Source: Candidatus Versatilivorator sp.
GTDB taxonomy: Bacteria; Acidobacteriota; Terriglobia; Versatilivoradales; Versatilivoraceae
DNA: 64,000 nt
Assembly (NCBI GenBank): GCA_965207735.1
Contig: OZ242296.1
Location: 2,784,001-2,848,000, forward strand
Direction of reading: 5' to 3'
Every line of letters starts with the position of its first letter. Positions within the stretch are counted from its first letter, which is position 1. This document shows positions 11,169-23,466 of the stretch, one piece after another. The position numbers and the translations under genes were made by a program. The notes beneath the pieces were generated by a model. The model searched no databases and was not told where the DNA came from. It saw nothing but the letters and a program-made list of their open reading frames with translations.

Positions 11169-13400
11169 CTATCTGGACAGACGTTGCGTCGTGACGGCCC
11201 GATTCTGAGAATTGCCCTCGACGGCAACGCTACCACCCCCAATATCGATTGTCAATCGAGCCCCGGTGGTGAAACCCCGCTGGTCGTCCACCACTTGAGG
11301 CGGCCCTCCCCACAGGACAACCTTTCCCTCTCGGCCCCGATATTCCGCCCATTCCGAGAACGTTGTGCGGTTCGGCTGAGCCATTCTGACGTTTCCCTCG
11401 GCCAGGGCCCTGTCCACCGATGTCTGCCCCTGTTCCTGGCGGAGAAAGACCTGAAGCCGGTCCGACTGTAGCCTGCCCTGGGGCGTGGTGGTTGCGACCC
11501 CCTCTTCGTACACGATTCTGCGGGCCTGTTCCTCGTAGGTCATCCTTTCGGACCGGACCATTGTCCCCAGGGAGGACTCTTCCTCGCCCGGGCGGTGGAA
11601 CAGGCTGGTCACCCGACCGGTGGCGGTCAGCTTTCCCTCGGGGCGATTCAACCGGATGTCGTGAGCGTAAAGGATCCGGTCCTGCTGCCAGAGCCTGGCG
11701 TTCTTCCAGAAGCGACCGATGCCTTCCCGGGTCTGAAACTCCATGAACTGGGACGAGGCAAAGACGTCGGGCGAGCCGCCGTGGCTGTCCCCCGGAGCGA
11801 AATAGGCGGATCGCACCTCGCCCTCAGCCTTGAGCAGATCCCGGTCCCGATAAAATTCAATCACATCGGCCTCGGTCTCACCCTGGATATCGGTGACCTT
11901 GGGGCGCCCTTCCAGCCTGATGAGAGAGGAGGCGACCCGATGCACCGCCGATTCTGACCAGGCTTGCCTTCCCGGCTCCCGGTAGCGGAAGTCTCCGGTC
12001 TGCCGGATCTCCGATAACCGGTCGTTCTTTTTATCGAAGAGAGCTGTCAGATGATGACTCCTGGTTTCCCGGACGGTTCCCGCGGCCGAAGAGAGTTCCA
12101 GCTTTACCTCCCGGTCGGCGGTGAAGCGCTCCAGACGGTCCGAATCCTTCCCGTAGAACAGGCGCAAGGCGCGGGCCGACAGCTTCCGTTTTTCCTCCCC
12201 GGGTCCGGCGGGGATCTCTTCCAGGGTGCTTGGCCCCACGGCCTCCACCCGGGAGAGGCGGCCGCTTTCCGGGCGGAAGTGAGCGCTTACCCGGGGAGAA
12301 GTGAGAATGCGCCGGGTGATTCCATCGGCAGGTTGGGAGGACTTCCGGGTTCCAGTCCGGGAGGGACTCGGTGTCTGGAATCGGACCCGCGCCTCTCCGA
12401 CGGCCGTAAGCCGCCTCAGGGACTGGGACCGGGGCGGCAGGTCCAGGGTGATTTCCCGGGCAGACAGTTCGCGGAGGGGCCGGGGGGTCAACGGACGAGC
12501 CACGGCCTTTCCCCGGGCGACGACTCGGTCGAGGCCGTCCGGTCCTGACCCGAAGAGGTAGCTTAGGCGGTCGGCCTGGACCTCGATCATCGCATTGGGA
12601 TCCAGCGACCTGGATCGAACCCGGCCCCGGGCTTGAATTTGGCTTAGAGTCCAGGCCGGTGTGGCAAAGACCGCGCGCATTTGAGCCGCTGTCAATTCAG
12701 TGGGCCCCTTTTCCACCCGCACGTTGGAGTGCAACTCCATCTCGGCGCGCTGTTTGTGAAACTTCAGGCTCCCGGCCCGGATCCGCAGGAGATGATCCTC
12801 CTCTTGAACGGGCAGCACCCTCAGGTCTACCTCGGAGGGCAGGGTGATCAGGCCGCTGCGCGGGTCGTAGACCAGCCCCCGGCTGCTCCCGCTGACCCGA
12901 CCCCGTTCGAAGCTCACCGCGGCCTCGCTGACCACCCGATCCAGGCTCCGGGAGTAGGTCATGCGTTCCCCCCTCACGATGGCGGGTATCGATTCGGCGC
13001 CGCCGTCGGGAGTATCCAAGGTGACGACGACGTTCTCGAGAAAGACCACGTCCTGGCTGGCATTGTCCACTTCGCAGCGCAAGCTGGTAATGGTGTCGAA
13101 CCGCCCTTCCCGCTTGCGAAAGACCGTGGCCTTCACCTGCTCGAAACGACTCTTCCCGTCCTTGAGTCCAAGCCGGACATTGGCGTTGACTTCAATGGTG
13201 GTCTTTCCCTGTTCCGAATGGGACACGCTGAACCCTTCGATCAGGTCGGTGGCTCCTTCCGGAAGCGACTCCACTTGCTGAAGAGCCTGGGTTCCGGGGG
13301 TACGGGTGCTCCGATAGTAGCTGACGCAGACAGCCGCGACCACGCTCACCACCACCAACAGCGGAATGATGCGGCCCAGCTTGAGCAGATTTCGTTGCAT
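11169..13400 (-). CDS. Long LptC/LptA (OstA-like) beta-jellyroll LPS transport protein
   Basis: N-terminal TM, repeated beta-rich A.G.V segments, immediately upstream of lptB. Confidence 0.75.
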   Translation of the reverse strand: MQRNLLKLGRIIPLLVVVSVVAAVCVSYYRSTRTPGTQALQQVESLPEGATDLIEGFSVSHSEQGKTTIEVNANVRLGLKDGKSRFEQVKATVFRKREGRFDTITSLRCEVDNASQDVVFLENVVVTLDTPDGGAESIPAIVRGERMTYSRSLDRVVSEAAVSFERGRVSGSSRGLVYDPRSGLITLPSEVDLRVLPVQEEDHLLRIRAGSLKFHKQRAEMELHSNVRVEKGPTELTAAQMRAVFATPAWTLSQIQARGRVRSRSLDPNAMIEVQADRLSYLFGSGPDGLDRVVARGKAVARPLTPRPLRELSAREITLDLPPRSQSLRRLTAVGEARVRFQTPSPSRTGTRKSSQPADGITRRILTSPRVSAHFRPESGRLSRVEAVGPSTLEEIPAGPGEEKRKLSARALRLFYGKDSDRLERFTADREVKLELSSAAGTVRETRSHHLTALFDKKNDRLSEIRQTGDFRYREPGRQAWSESAVHRVASSLIRLEGRPKVTDIQGETEADVIEFYRDRDLLKAEGEVRSAYFAPGDSHGGSPDVFASSQFMEFQTREGIGRFWKNARLWQQDRILYAHDIRLNRPEGKLTATGRVTSLFHRPGEEESSLGTMVRSERMTYEEQARRIVYEEGVATTTPQGRLQSDRLQVFLRQEQGQTSVDRALAEGNVRMAQPNRTTFSEWAEYRGREGKVVLWGGPPQVVDDQRGFTTGARLTIDIGGGSVAVEGNSQNRAVTTQRLSR

Positions 13401-13415
13401 CGAACGGTTTGTGTC

Positions 13416-15107
13416 CTATTCGTTCCGAACGTCTCGAACCACCAGTTGCAAGGCCCTGAAGCCCGGGTGAAGGTTCTCCGACAGCTCGAAGGCCAGCGAA
13501 ACAGTGCCCCTGGATTCCCTTATGGAAGCCAACCGGTCGGCCATGTTCCATGCCAGGGCATCCATGGCCCTCCCATCCTGCTCTACCCGAAACTTGAGAT
13601 GCCTGCCCTTGAGGATTCGCGGTTCGGCGATGAGTGTCAGTTGACGTGCCACGAACAGCGGAGCGGGATTGTCCTTGCCGAAGGGGGAAAGGCGTTGAAT
13701 CTGACGATAGACCCTGTCACCCAGGTCGGACAAACGAACTTCAGCGTCCACGTTGAGTTGGCGTTCGCCGGGCTTGAAATCGCTGGCCGAGGCGGCGTAT
13801 CGGATGATGCGCCGCCGCAGCTCGGATACATTGGACGCCTGCAACTGGAATCCGGCTGCCTGAGCGTGCCCACCGAACCGGTTCAGCAAGTCGCGGCAGC
13901 TCTCCAGGGCCTGGAGCAAATGGAATCCCGCGGGGGACCGACCCGAGCCCGAGCCAACCCCGTCGATCTTGGAAATGATCAGTGTTGGGCTCTGGAAGCG
14001 CTCGGTAATCTTGCTGGCTACGATTCCCAGCACCCCGATGTGCCAGTTGTCGCCATCGATCACCTTGATCGGGGAGGCTGCCAGATCCGGATCGGAATCG
14101 ATTCGTCGCTCGATTGCCTTCAGGATCTGCTCTTCGGTGACCTGGCGTTCCCGATTCAGGCGATTCATCTCGCCGGCAAGACGCCGGGCTTCTCCCACGT
14201 CCCTGGCCGCAAACAACTCCACGGCCTCCCTGCTGCCTCCCATGCGCCCCACCGCGTTGATCCTGGGAGCCAGGCGGAAGCCCACGTCGGTGCCGGAAAT
14301 CGACCGTCCTTCCAGTCCGGCGGTTTCAATCAACGACCTCAAGCCGGGATTGGCGGGAGACTGGAGACCTTCCAGTCCGAGCTTGGCGAAGACCCGATTT
14401 TCGCCAATGAGCGGAACCACGTCGGCGATGGTGCCGATGGCCACCACCTTGAGGAAAGCGGGGAGGTGCTTTTCGTTGCCGGTCTTCGTGAACAGAGCCT
14501 GAACCAGCTTGAAGGCGATCCCCACCCCGCAAAGGTGCTTGTCCGGATAGGGACAGTCGGAGCGCTTGGGATTGACCACCGCCAAGGCTTTGGGCAGACC
14601 GTTTTCCGGCAGGTGGTGATCGGTGATGACGCAGTCGAGATTGAGAGCACGGGCGCGCTCGACGGCCTCGTAGGCCTTGATGCCGGTGTCTACGGTGACC
14701 ACCAGTTGGACCCCCTCGCGGGCGGCCTTTTCCAGCACCGGAATCTTCATTCCGTAGCCCTCCACCAACCGCTGCGGGATGTGGTAGGAGCACTCCGCGC
14801 CCAACATCTCCAGAGCCTTTCTCAATATGACTACGGCGGTGTTGCCGTCAACGTCGTAGTCGCCGTAAATCAGGATCTTCTGGCGCCGGTCGATGGCCTC
14901 ACGGATGCGGTTGACGGCCAACTCCAGGTCGCACATGAGGAAGGGATCGTGGAGATGGCTGAACTGTGGGTCCAGAAATTTTCTGGCGGGCTCGGTGGTG
15001 AGGAGGCCGCGGTTCAGCAGGAGAGATGCCAGAATGCCCGGGATGTTCAAAGTCCGTGCCAACTCCCTGGCCTGGGTGAGGTCCGGTTGGGCGATCTTCC
15101 ATATCAT
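13416..15107 (-). CDS. recJ: ssDNA exonuclease RecJ
   Basis: YGDYDVDG, TVDTG, TDHH, GTIADVVPL, GSGRS, FGGHAQAAG; start placed at MIWKI. Confidence 0.96.
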   Translation of the reverse strand: MIWKIAQPDLTQARELARTLNIPGILASLLLNRGLLTTEPARKFLDPQFSHLHDPFLMCDLELAVNRIREAIDRRQKILIYGDYDVDGNTAVVILRKALEMLGAECSYHIPQRLVEGYGMKIPVLEKAAREGVQLVVTVDTGIKAYEAVERARALNLDCVITDHHLPENGLPKALAVVNPKRSDCPYPDKHLCGVGIAFKLVQALFTKTGNEKHLPAFLKVVAIGTIADVVPLIGENRVFAKLGLEGLQSPANPGLRSLIETAGLEGRSISGTDVGFRLAPRINAVGRMGGSREAVELFAARDVGEARRLAGEMNRLNRERQVTEEQILKAIERRIDSDPDLAASPIKVIDGDNWHIGVLGIVASKITERFQSPTLIISKIDGVGSGSGRSPAGFHLLQALESCRDLLNRFGGHAQAAGFQLQASNVSELRRRIIRYAASASDFKPGERQLNVDAEVRLSDLGDRVYRQIQRLSPFGKDNPAPLFVARQLTLIAEPRILKGRHLKFRVEQDGRAMDALAWNMADRLASIRESRGTVSLAFELSENLHPGFRALQLVVRDVRNE

Positions 15108-15235
15108 GTTGTTTTCAAAGCCCTCCGCTTGCCCGCATATCTCACCATTTTGATCCACCCGGGGCATTTATTCAACCAGGACGCAACTGATCCTCTGCTA
15201 GGAGTCTGCTGATTTTCACTTACGGGACGCCGCGT

Positions 15236-15352
15236 TGGCCCCCATCCGGCTCGACTACGGGCGGAGCACTCTCGCGACGCCGCGTCTGCCCCCCTCCGGA
15301 TCGACTGCGGGCGGAGCCCTTGTCTCTCCGACTCCCCCTCAAGGGGGGAGTG
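15236..15352. repeat. REP-like palindromic element
   Basis: Hairpin ACTCCCCCTCAAGGGGGGAGT at 15331-15351 and direct repeat TCGACT(A/G)CGGGCGGAGC at 15251 and 15301. Confidence 0.55.
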
Positions 15353-15612
15353 ATACAGGCCTGCACAAGGCGTCTTGCCCGATTCCCGGGCAGGATGTAA
15401 ACCATGTTTGCGGTTTAAGGAACGCCTGTGCGCCGCTTCGGCAAGAACCACCAATGGACACGAACGAACACAGCATTTGGCCGTGGGAGGCAGCCATTGG
15501 GCAGGCGCTGGCGCTATAATGGCGTTGTCGTGGGGATAGGCCGCAAACGCAGCCCGGTTGACGCAATCGAAAAGACCGGATGATCCGTGTGGCGGCTAAC
15601 GTGAGATGAGTC

Positions 15613-16542
15613 ATGGGCCATCATCATCCACACCGTCCAGGTGAAGTGCGAGCCGGCCGGGGGCCAGCGGCTCTCAGGGCGCTGCGCATCGCCTTTTCGC
15701 TCACCACCGTTTTTCTGGTCATCGAGTTTCTGGGTGGACTCTATACCGGAAGTCTGGCGCTCATCGCCGATTCGGGGCATATGCTGGTGGATTCCGCGGC
15801 CCTGGGCCTGAGCCTGTTTGCAATCTGGTGCGCCGGCCGGCCGGCCACGGCCTCCAAGACCTACGGGTATCACCGGGCAGAGATTCTGGCGGCCCTGCTG
15901 AACGGAATGACCCTGGTGGTGATTTCCCTGGGGATCCTCTACGAGGCCTACCACCGGCTCTTGAATCCCCAGGAGGTCAAGAGCGGATGGATGCTGCTGA
16001 TTGCCTCAGTGGGGTTGGCCGTCAACCTGGCAAGCGCCTATTTCCTGCATGGCTCTCAATCCGCCAGCCTGAACGTTCGCGGCGCCTTCCTGCATGTGGT
16101 CGGAGATGCCTTGAGCTCGATCGGCGCCATCGTGGCAGGCATCCTGATGGCCTACAAACAATGGTACCTCGCCGATCCCCTGGCCAGCATCGTGGTGGCC
16201 GTTTTGATCCTCTACAACGCCTGGCGACTGGTCAGGGACTCTGTCAACATCCTGCTGGAGGCGACTCCCGTACATATCGACCTGGCTGCCGTACAGGAGG
16301 AATTGTGCCGGGTCGAAGGCGTCGAATCGATCCACGATCTCCATGTCTGGACCCTGACGTCGGGGTTCTACGCCATGAGCTGCCATGCAGTGCTGTCCGG
16401 CGGTCAGGGAGGTCACCGGATCCTGGAGAAGCTCAGCGCCATTGTGCGGGATCGGTTTCAGATCGAACACTCCACCATCCAGCTTGAGGAGCGGAGCCTG
16501 GAGCATGAGGAGATGGGATCCTGTCATTCCGTGTTCTACTGA
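15613..16542 (+). CDS. Cation diffusion facilitator (CzcD/ZitB-like Zn/Co/Cd exporter)
   Basis: SLALIADSGHMLVD, TYGYHRAE, NVRGAFLHVVGD, HDLHVW; His-rich N-terminus. Confidence 0.93.
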   Translation: MGHHHPHRPGEVRAGRGPAALRALRIAFSLTTVFLVIEFLGGLYTGSLALIADSGHMLVDSAALGLSLFAIWCAGRPATASKTYGYHRAEILAALLNGMTLVVISLGILYEAYHRLLNPQEVKSGWMLLIASVGLAVNLASAYFLHGSQSASLNVRGAFLHVVGDALSSIGAIVAGILMAYKQWYLADPLASIVVAVLILYNAWRLVRDSVNILLEATPVHIDLAAVQEELCRVEGVESIHDLHVWTLTSGFYAMSCHAVLSGGQGGHRILEKLSAIVRDRFQIEHSTIQLEERSLEHEEMGSCHSVFY

Positions 16543-16628
16543 GGAGGCCCCAAAAATTCCAGCCTACTTTGTTGACAGACGGCTTCGGCAGACGGACAAT
16601 CAAGGGTTTTGAATTTTCTTTGACTTAA

Positions 16629-19019
16629 ATGACCGTTTCCGACCTGGATGTCCTGGATTTTCAAGACCTGAAGCGGGTCATCGCCGGGTTTGCCGATTGC
16701 CCACTGGGATCCCAACGGTTTGACAGGCTGACCCCCGCCGGGGATTTGGGAGAGGTTCGCAAGCAACTCCGGATGGTGCGCGAGTGTCTGGAGCTGCTTG
16801 AATCGGGTCAACCCTTGAGGTTCGGCGGTGTGGCGGACGTGGGTCCGATTTTCCAAAGGGTCGGTGTGCAAGGCGCCGTCCTGGATCCCGCCGAAATCGG
16901 TCAGGTTCTCGATCTGGCCCAGGTGGCCGGGGCCAGCCGCAAGGCTCTGGAAGCCACCGGCCGCCGAAATCCGGCTCTCTCCGACCTGGCTCGCGCTCAG
17001 GTCGCCGACCTGAGCGGCCTGGTTTCCCAGTTGGCCGGTAAGATCGGTCCCACCGGGGAGGTTGAAGATGGTGCCAGCCCGCGGTTGCGAACCCTGCGAC
17101 GGCAGGTCGCCATCCTGAGAGCCAGGATCTGCCGCTCCCTGGCGGACCTCGTGCGGGGAGGAGAGAAGACCGGCGCCTTGCAGGACGAGGTAGTGACAGT
17201 CCGGAACCAGCGGTTCGTCATCCCGGTGCGCACCGATCGCAAGAGGGTTTTTCCCGGCGTGGTCCACGGCAGCAGTTCCAGCGGCTCGACCCTCTTCATT
17301 GAACCCCTGCAGAGTGTCGAGCTCAACAACCGGTTAATCCGGCTCAAGGAACAGGTCGCCGAAGAGGTGCTTCGGGTCCTTCGGTTGCTGACGGACGCCA
17401 TCCGGCAGCATCTGCCGGAGGTGCAGGCGGCGGCCGGGTTTGTGGGCGTCCTCGATTTCAGCTTTGCCAAGGCTCGCTTCTGCCGGAAGTTCCATTGCGT
17501 CTTTCCCGAGGTCAACACGGACCCTGTTCTTGAGATCGAAAAGGGACGCCACCCGCTGCTGGAGATTCACCTGAAGGAGCAGGGACGGGAGATCGTTCCC
17601 GTTTCCGTGGACCTGGGAGAGAGCAGCCGGGTTTTGGTGATCAGCGGTCCCAATGCCGGCGGGAAGACGGTCGCCCTGAAGACCGTCGGCATGTTGACCC
17701 TGATGGCGCTTTCGGGAATCCCCGTGCCGGCCGCCTCGGCCAGGATTGGCCTGTTCCGGCGGATTTTCGCCGATATCGGCGACCGACAGTCCATGACCGA
17801 CGACCTGAGCACGTTTTCCGCCCATCTCGGAAAGATTCGCAGCATCCTGGAGGAAGCCAGGTCTCCGGCGCTGGTGCTGCTCGACGAGTTGGGCACGGGC
17901 ACCGATCCGGCCGAGGGGGCCGCCCTGGGAACCGCCATCCTGGAAGAACTTCGCTCCCGAGGCGTTGTGACGGTGGTCACCACCCACCTCAACGGGCTCA
18001 AGAGATATGCTCTTCAGACCGAGCGGGTGGTCAATGCCAGTGTTGAGTTCGAGCAAGCCGACCTTCGTCCCACTTACCGGCTGATCCAGGGAATTCCGGG
18101 CAACAGCAGCGGAATCGACATGGCCCGGCAGCTCGGACTTCCGGATGCGGTGGTGGCCCGTGCCCGCGGTCTGGTTTCCGAACCGGAGCGAGAGATCGCC
18201 GGATACGCCCGGGCGCTCGGTCAACAGCTCTCGGCAGCCACCCGGCTTCGAGATCAACTGGAAACGGAACGGGTAGGGTTGAGGGATCGGCGGGCGGAGC
18301 TTGAAAAAAAACAGCGGGACCTGGAAGAATCCAAGAAGGGGGAGATCGCCCGCTGCCGCAAGCAGGCGCGACGGCTCTTCGATCAAGAGGCGTCGAGGCT
18401 ACTGTCGGGGATCCGGGACCGGTTTGAAGAAGCGAGGCTGAGAAGTGAAGTAAGAAGGCATTCCAGGAAGCTGGAAGAGGTCCCGGCCAATGGTTCCGGG
18501 CCGGTTGAAGGAGCCGGGGTGGGGCTTCCGGAGAAAGAGAAGGCTTCCCGGGAGGGGATTCGAGCCGGAGTCCGGGTCAGGGTGGCGCGGCTGGGTTCGA
18601 TCGGAACCATTACGGGATCTCGAGCGGAAGGCTGTTGGGAGGTGGAGGTAGGCGCCTTGAAATGTGTGTTGAAAGGCGAGGAGTTGGAGCCCCTGGAACC
18701 GGACCGGGCCTCGCCCCCGCCTACCGAGGGAGGCTCCCGCGGGGTCTCGGTGCATTTTCATTCCGGAGAATTGCCGTCCAATGAGATCAATCTGGTGGGG
18801 TGCAGGGCGGACGAGGCCATCCGCAAGGCCGACAAGTTTCTGGACAGCGCGCTGCTGGCCTCCCTTTCACCGGTCCGCCTCATTCACGGGAGCGGAATGG
18901 GTGTGTTGCGCCGAGCCATTTCCGAGTGGCTTTCCGACCAATCCCATGTTTCCGAATTTCATCCGGCCGCATCCGATGAAGGAGGAAACGGCGTTACGGT
19001 GGTATCTCTCCATGTGTGA
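16629..19019 (+). CDS. mutS2: Endonuclease MutS2
   Basis: SSSGSTLFIEP, GPNAGGKT, LSTFSAH, DELGTGTDP and C-terminal Smr IHGSGMG. Confidence 0.95.
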   Translation: MTVSDLDVLDFQDLKRVIAGFADCPLGSQRFDRLTPAGDLGEVRKQLRMVRECLELLESGQPLRFGGVADVGPIFQRVGVQGAVLDPAEIGQVLDLAQVAGASRKALEATGRRNPALSDLARAQVADLSGLVSQLAGKIGPTGEVEDGASPRLRTLRRQVAILRARICRSLADLVRGGEKTGALQDEVVTVRNQRFVIPVRTDRKRVFPGVVHGSSSSGSTLFIEPLQSVELNNRLIRLKEQVAEEVLRVLRLLTDAIRQHLPEVQAAAGFVGVLDFSFAKARFCRKFHCVFPEVNTDPVLEIEKGRHPLLEIHLKEQGREIVPVSVDLGESSRVLVISGPNAGGKTVALKTVGMLTLMALSGIPVPAASARIGLFRRIFADIGDRQSMTDDLSTFSAHLGKIRSILEEARSPALVLLDELGTGTDPAEGAALGTAILEELRSRGVVTVVTTHLNGLKRYALQTERVVNASVEFEQADLRPTYRLIQGIPGNSSGIDMARQLGLPDAVVARARGLVSEPEREIAGYARALGQQLSAATRLRDQLETERVGLRDRRAELEKKQRDLEESKKGEIARCRKQARRLFDQEASRLLSGIRDRFEEARLRSEVRRHSRKLEEVPANGSGPVEGAGVGLPEKEKASREGIRAGVRVRVARLGSIGTITGSRAEGCWEVEVGALKCVLKGEELEPLEPDRASPPPTEGGSRGVSVHFHSGELPSNEINLVGCRADEAIRKADKFLDSALLASLSPVRLIHGSGMGVLRRAISEWLSDQSHVSEFHPAASDEGGNGVTVVSLHV

Positions 19020-19043
19020 GCTGAACACCAGGGTTCCGGTGAG

Positions 19044-20792
19044 GTGAGCATGAGCCCTTCTGGCGATGGGATCGACAGAGTGAAGAGCGCGGCCGACCTG
19101 GTCCAGATTGTTGGAGAACATGTCAAGCTCCGCAAGTCGGGGAGCAATTTCATCGGCCTCTGCCCCTTTCACTCCGAGAAGACGCCATCCTTTCACGTCC
19201 ATGCGGAACGGCAATTCTTTTACTGTTTTGGCTGCCACGCCAAGGGAGACGTGATCCATTTCGTGGAAAGGATGGAGGGGTTGAGTTTCGCGGATGCCCT
19301 TCGATGGTTGGGAGAGAGATACGGCATCCCGCTCGACAACCGGACCCGCTCAACCGACCACAAGGCCGGGGAGCGCCGAATTCTGCTCGAAATTCAGGCC
19401 AAGGCCGGACGCTACTTCCACCGGGGGCTAGCCGCCGGCACCGCCCGGCAGGCTCAACGCTATCTGGAAACTCGGGGTCTGACCTCCGAGAGCCGGGAGC
19501 GCTTTGGCATCGGCTTTGCCCCCAGGCGGTCCGATGGGCTGCTTCAGGAACTGCGGGCCGCGTATTCCCTGGATCAGTTGCGCCTCAGCGGCTTGATTCA
19601 GCGAAGCGAGCGGGATTCCAGCCATTTTGACCGTTTCCGGGGCCGGGTGATGTTTCCCATCTGGAACGAGGCGGGTAAAATCGTGGGTTTTGGGGGCCGG
19701 GCTCTGGGAGAGGAGCAGCCCAAGTACCTGAACTCGCCCGAGACGCCCCTGTACAGCAAGAGCGGGACGCTCTACGCCCTGAACCTGGCTCGGGAATCCA
19801 TCCGAAGGCAGGGCCGAGCCGTTCTGGTCGAGGGATACATGGACTGTATCGCATTGCATCAGGCCGGAATCGGCAATGCAGTCGCCGTCTGCGGCACCAG
19901 TCTGACCGAGGCACAGGTTCGTTTGCTGGGTCGCTTCACCAAGAAAGTGGTGGTGAATTTCGATCCCGACGAAGCCGGCGATTCAGCCACCCTTCGGTCG
20001 CTCGGTCTTCTGCTGGAAGGTGGTTTCGGCGTGCGTGTCCTGGCCCTGCCCGATCGGCTCGATCCCGATGCCTATATTCGCAAGCATGGGGTCGCCGCCT
20101 ACAGGGAATTGCTGGAGCGGGCGCCCACCGACTTCGAGTATCTGCTGGCGCGCGCTCAAGCAAAACATGCGGTGGAAACCATCGAGGGAAAGGTCGGCGC
20201 CATCGAAGAGTTGCTGCCTCATCTGGCCCGTGTCTCCAACCGTATCGAGCGGGAGGAAAAAACTCGGCGGGTGGCAGAGTTTTTCCAGGTGGAGGAAGCC
20301 GACCTCCGGGTGGAATTGCACAAGGCGGCCGGTGGCAACCGCCGGAGGCCGGAGTTGGTTCGCTCTCGACACAAGCCTGCCCTGAGCCCGGCAGAACGGC
20401 AACTGATCAAGGTCATTCTGGACCTCGATCGCGAGGCCGGGGACATCGTGGATCAACTGGACCGGACCCAGGTTCACGTGGGAATGGATTCGGAAGTCGT
20501 CTTTAGCGCCATCGTCGCTCTCTACAGGAAGGATGGGCGAGTCGAGGCGGAGCGGCTGCGGGAGTCGCTGCCCGGGGACCGTGAGCAAAATTGGATCAGC
20601 GAAGCCGTTTTTGAGCAGGGAGATCAGCAACAGGTCGCCGGTTGTCTGGAGTGGCTGGGACGCAGAAAGGTGGAAAGAGAGGTTGCCCGGCTGCAACGGC
20701 AGATCGAACAGGCTGAACGCTCCCGGGACTTTCAACTTGTAGCCAGCCTTCATTCCAAAAAAGCCAGACTCACCTTGTCCGTCGCCGGCTGA
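19044..20792 (+). CDS. dnaG: DNA primase
   Basis: CPFHSEKTPSF Zn finger, KYLNSPET, VEGYMD, DPD. Confidence 0.97.
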   Translation: MSMSPSGDGIDRVKSAADLVQIVGEHVKLRKSGSNFIGLCPFHSEKTPSFHVHAERQFFYCFGCHAKGDVIHFVERMEGLSFADALRWLGERYGIPLDNRTRSTDHKAGERRILLEIQAKAGRYFHRGLAAGTARQAQRYLETRGLTSESRERFGIGFAPRRSDGLLQELRAAYSLDQLRLSGLIQRSERDSSHFDRFRGRVMFPIWNEAGKIVGFGGRALGEEQPKYLNSPETPLYSKSGTLYALNLARESIRRQGRAVLVEGYMDCIALHQAGIGNAVAVCGTSLTEAQVRLLGRFTKKVVVNFDPDEAGDSATLRSLGLLLEGGFGVRVLALPDRLDPDAYIRKHGVAAYRELLERAPTDFEYLLARAQAKHAVETIEGKVGAIEELLPHLARVSNRIEREEKTRRVAEFFQVEEADLRVELHKAAGGNRRRPELVRSRHKPALSPAERQLIKVILDLDREAGDIVDQLDRTQVHVGMDSEVVFSAIVALYRKDGRVEAERLRESLPGDREQNWISEAVFEQGDQQQVAGCLEWLGRRKVEREVARLQRQIEQAERSRDFQLVASLHSKKARLTLSVAG

Positions 20793-20828
20793 GGGCGCTC
20801 ACGGTTGCCGAGGGCCGCGGGGAGAAGG

Positions 20829-22589
<1,761 letters not shown>

Positions 22590-22631
22590 ACCGCCGCATT
22601 TCGCCGGTCAACCATCCCTGTGCTCCAGTTT

Positions 22632-22708
22632 GGGCCCATAGCTCAGTTGGTTAGAGCCGCCGGCTCATAACCGGTCGGTCGTAGGTTCGAGTCCTACTGG
22701 GCCCACCA
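22632..22708 (+). tRNA. tRNA with CAT anticodon, probably tRNA-Ile2 (lysidine); elongator Met possible
   Basis: Acceptor stem GGGCCCA/TGGGCCC, D arm AGCTCAGTTGGTTAGAGC, loop CTCATAA, GGTTCGAGTCC, encoded CCA; paired 1:72 argues against initiator. Confidence 0.92.
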
Positions 22709-22730
22709 TTCCTTCCTGACAGAATCGTCC

Positions 22731-23444
22731 ATGAATCCAGATATTGAAAAACTTATCGAGCTTCAAGAGCTCGAGATTCGAATCAGGCGTGCCGCCGCCA
22801 GGATCGAGCAGCTTCCACGGGAGATGGCCGCCATGGAGGAACAACTGGAGGCGACCAGGAGCCTGCTGGACCGTCAGGAGGCGACTCTGGGTCGGATTGC
22901 CGTCGAGCGGCGTCAGCTCGAAGGTGAAATACAGATCGTCGAGGAAAAAATTTCCAAGTACCGCTCCCAGCTTTCCGAGGTAAAGACCAACGAGCAATAC
23001 AAGGCGCTGCTGCACGAAATCGACTTTCACGGCGAGCGAATCGGCAAGATGGAGGACGAAATCCTGGTCAATATGGAAAAGGAGGAAGGCCTGCGGGAGG
23101 AACGCCTGCTGTTGGAGCAGCAGCTTCAGAAGGAGAGCGCTCGGGTCGATCGGGAAAAGCAGGTGGTGCAAAATGAGATCGAGGAAACCAGGATGGAGCT
23201 GGACCGCCGGCAAAGGGAGGCCGACGCCTTGATTGCCCTGGTTACACCGGAGGTCTATGAAACCTATCGCAAGATCGCCGCGGTGCGTAAGGGTGTGGCT
23301 CTGGCTGGAGCCGGGGAAAACTGCCGGGGCTGTCACGTGCGGATCCGCCCCAGTGTGCTCGGTCAGGTCATGGGTGGGAAGCAGATCGTTCACTGCGACA
23401 GCTGCGACCGCTTCCTGTACTGGGAACCGGACGCAGCCACTTGA
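22731..23444 (+). CDS. Coiled-coil protein with C-terminal C4 zinc ribbon (CT398/DUF164-like)
   Basis: Long heptad region then CRGCH...CDSCDRFLY. Confidence 0.88.
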   Translation: MNPDIEKLIELQELEIRIRRAAARIEQLPREMAAMEEQLEATRSLLDRQEATLGRIAVERRQLEGEIQIVEEKISKYRSQLSEVKTNEQYKALLHEIDFHGERIGKMEDEILVNMEKEEGLREERLLLEQQLQKESARVDREKQVVQNEIEETRMELDRRQREADALIALVTPEVYETYRKIAAVRKGVALAGAGENCRGCHVRIRPSVLGQVMGGKQIVHCDSCDRFLYWEPDAAT

Positions 23445-23466
23445 TTTGGATAGAGGAGGAGAGCGG

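Noticed and set aside
12681-15212. Long plus-strand ORF of 843 aa (also 8608-10485, 45167-47206, 4122-5510 and similar)
   Set aside because: Antisense shadows of well-supported genes in high-GC DNA, with no recognisable motifs.
22632-22708. tRNA as an integration site for an island
   Set aside because: No duplicate of the tRNA 3' end was noticed in the window and the downstream genes are core genes.
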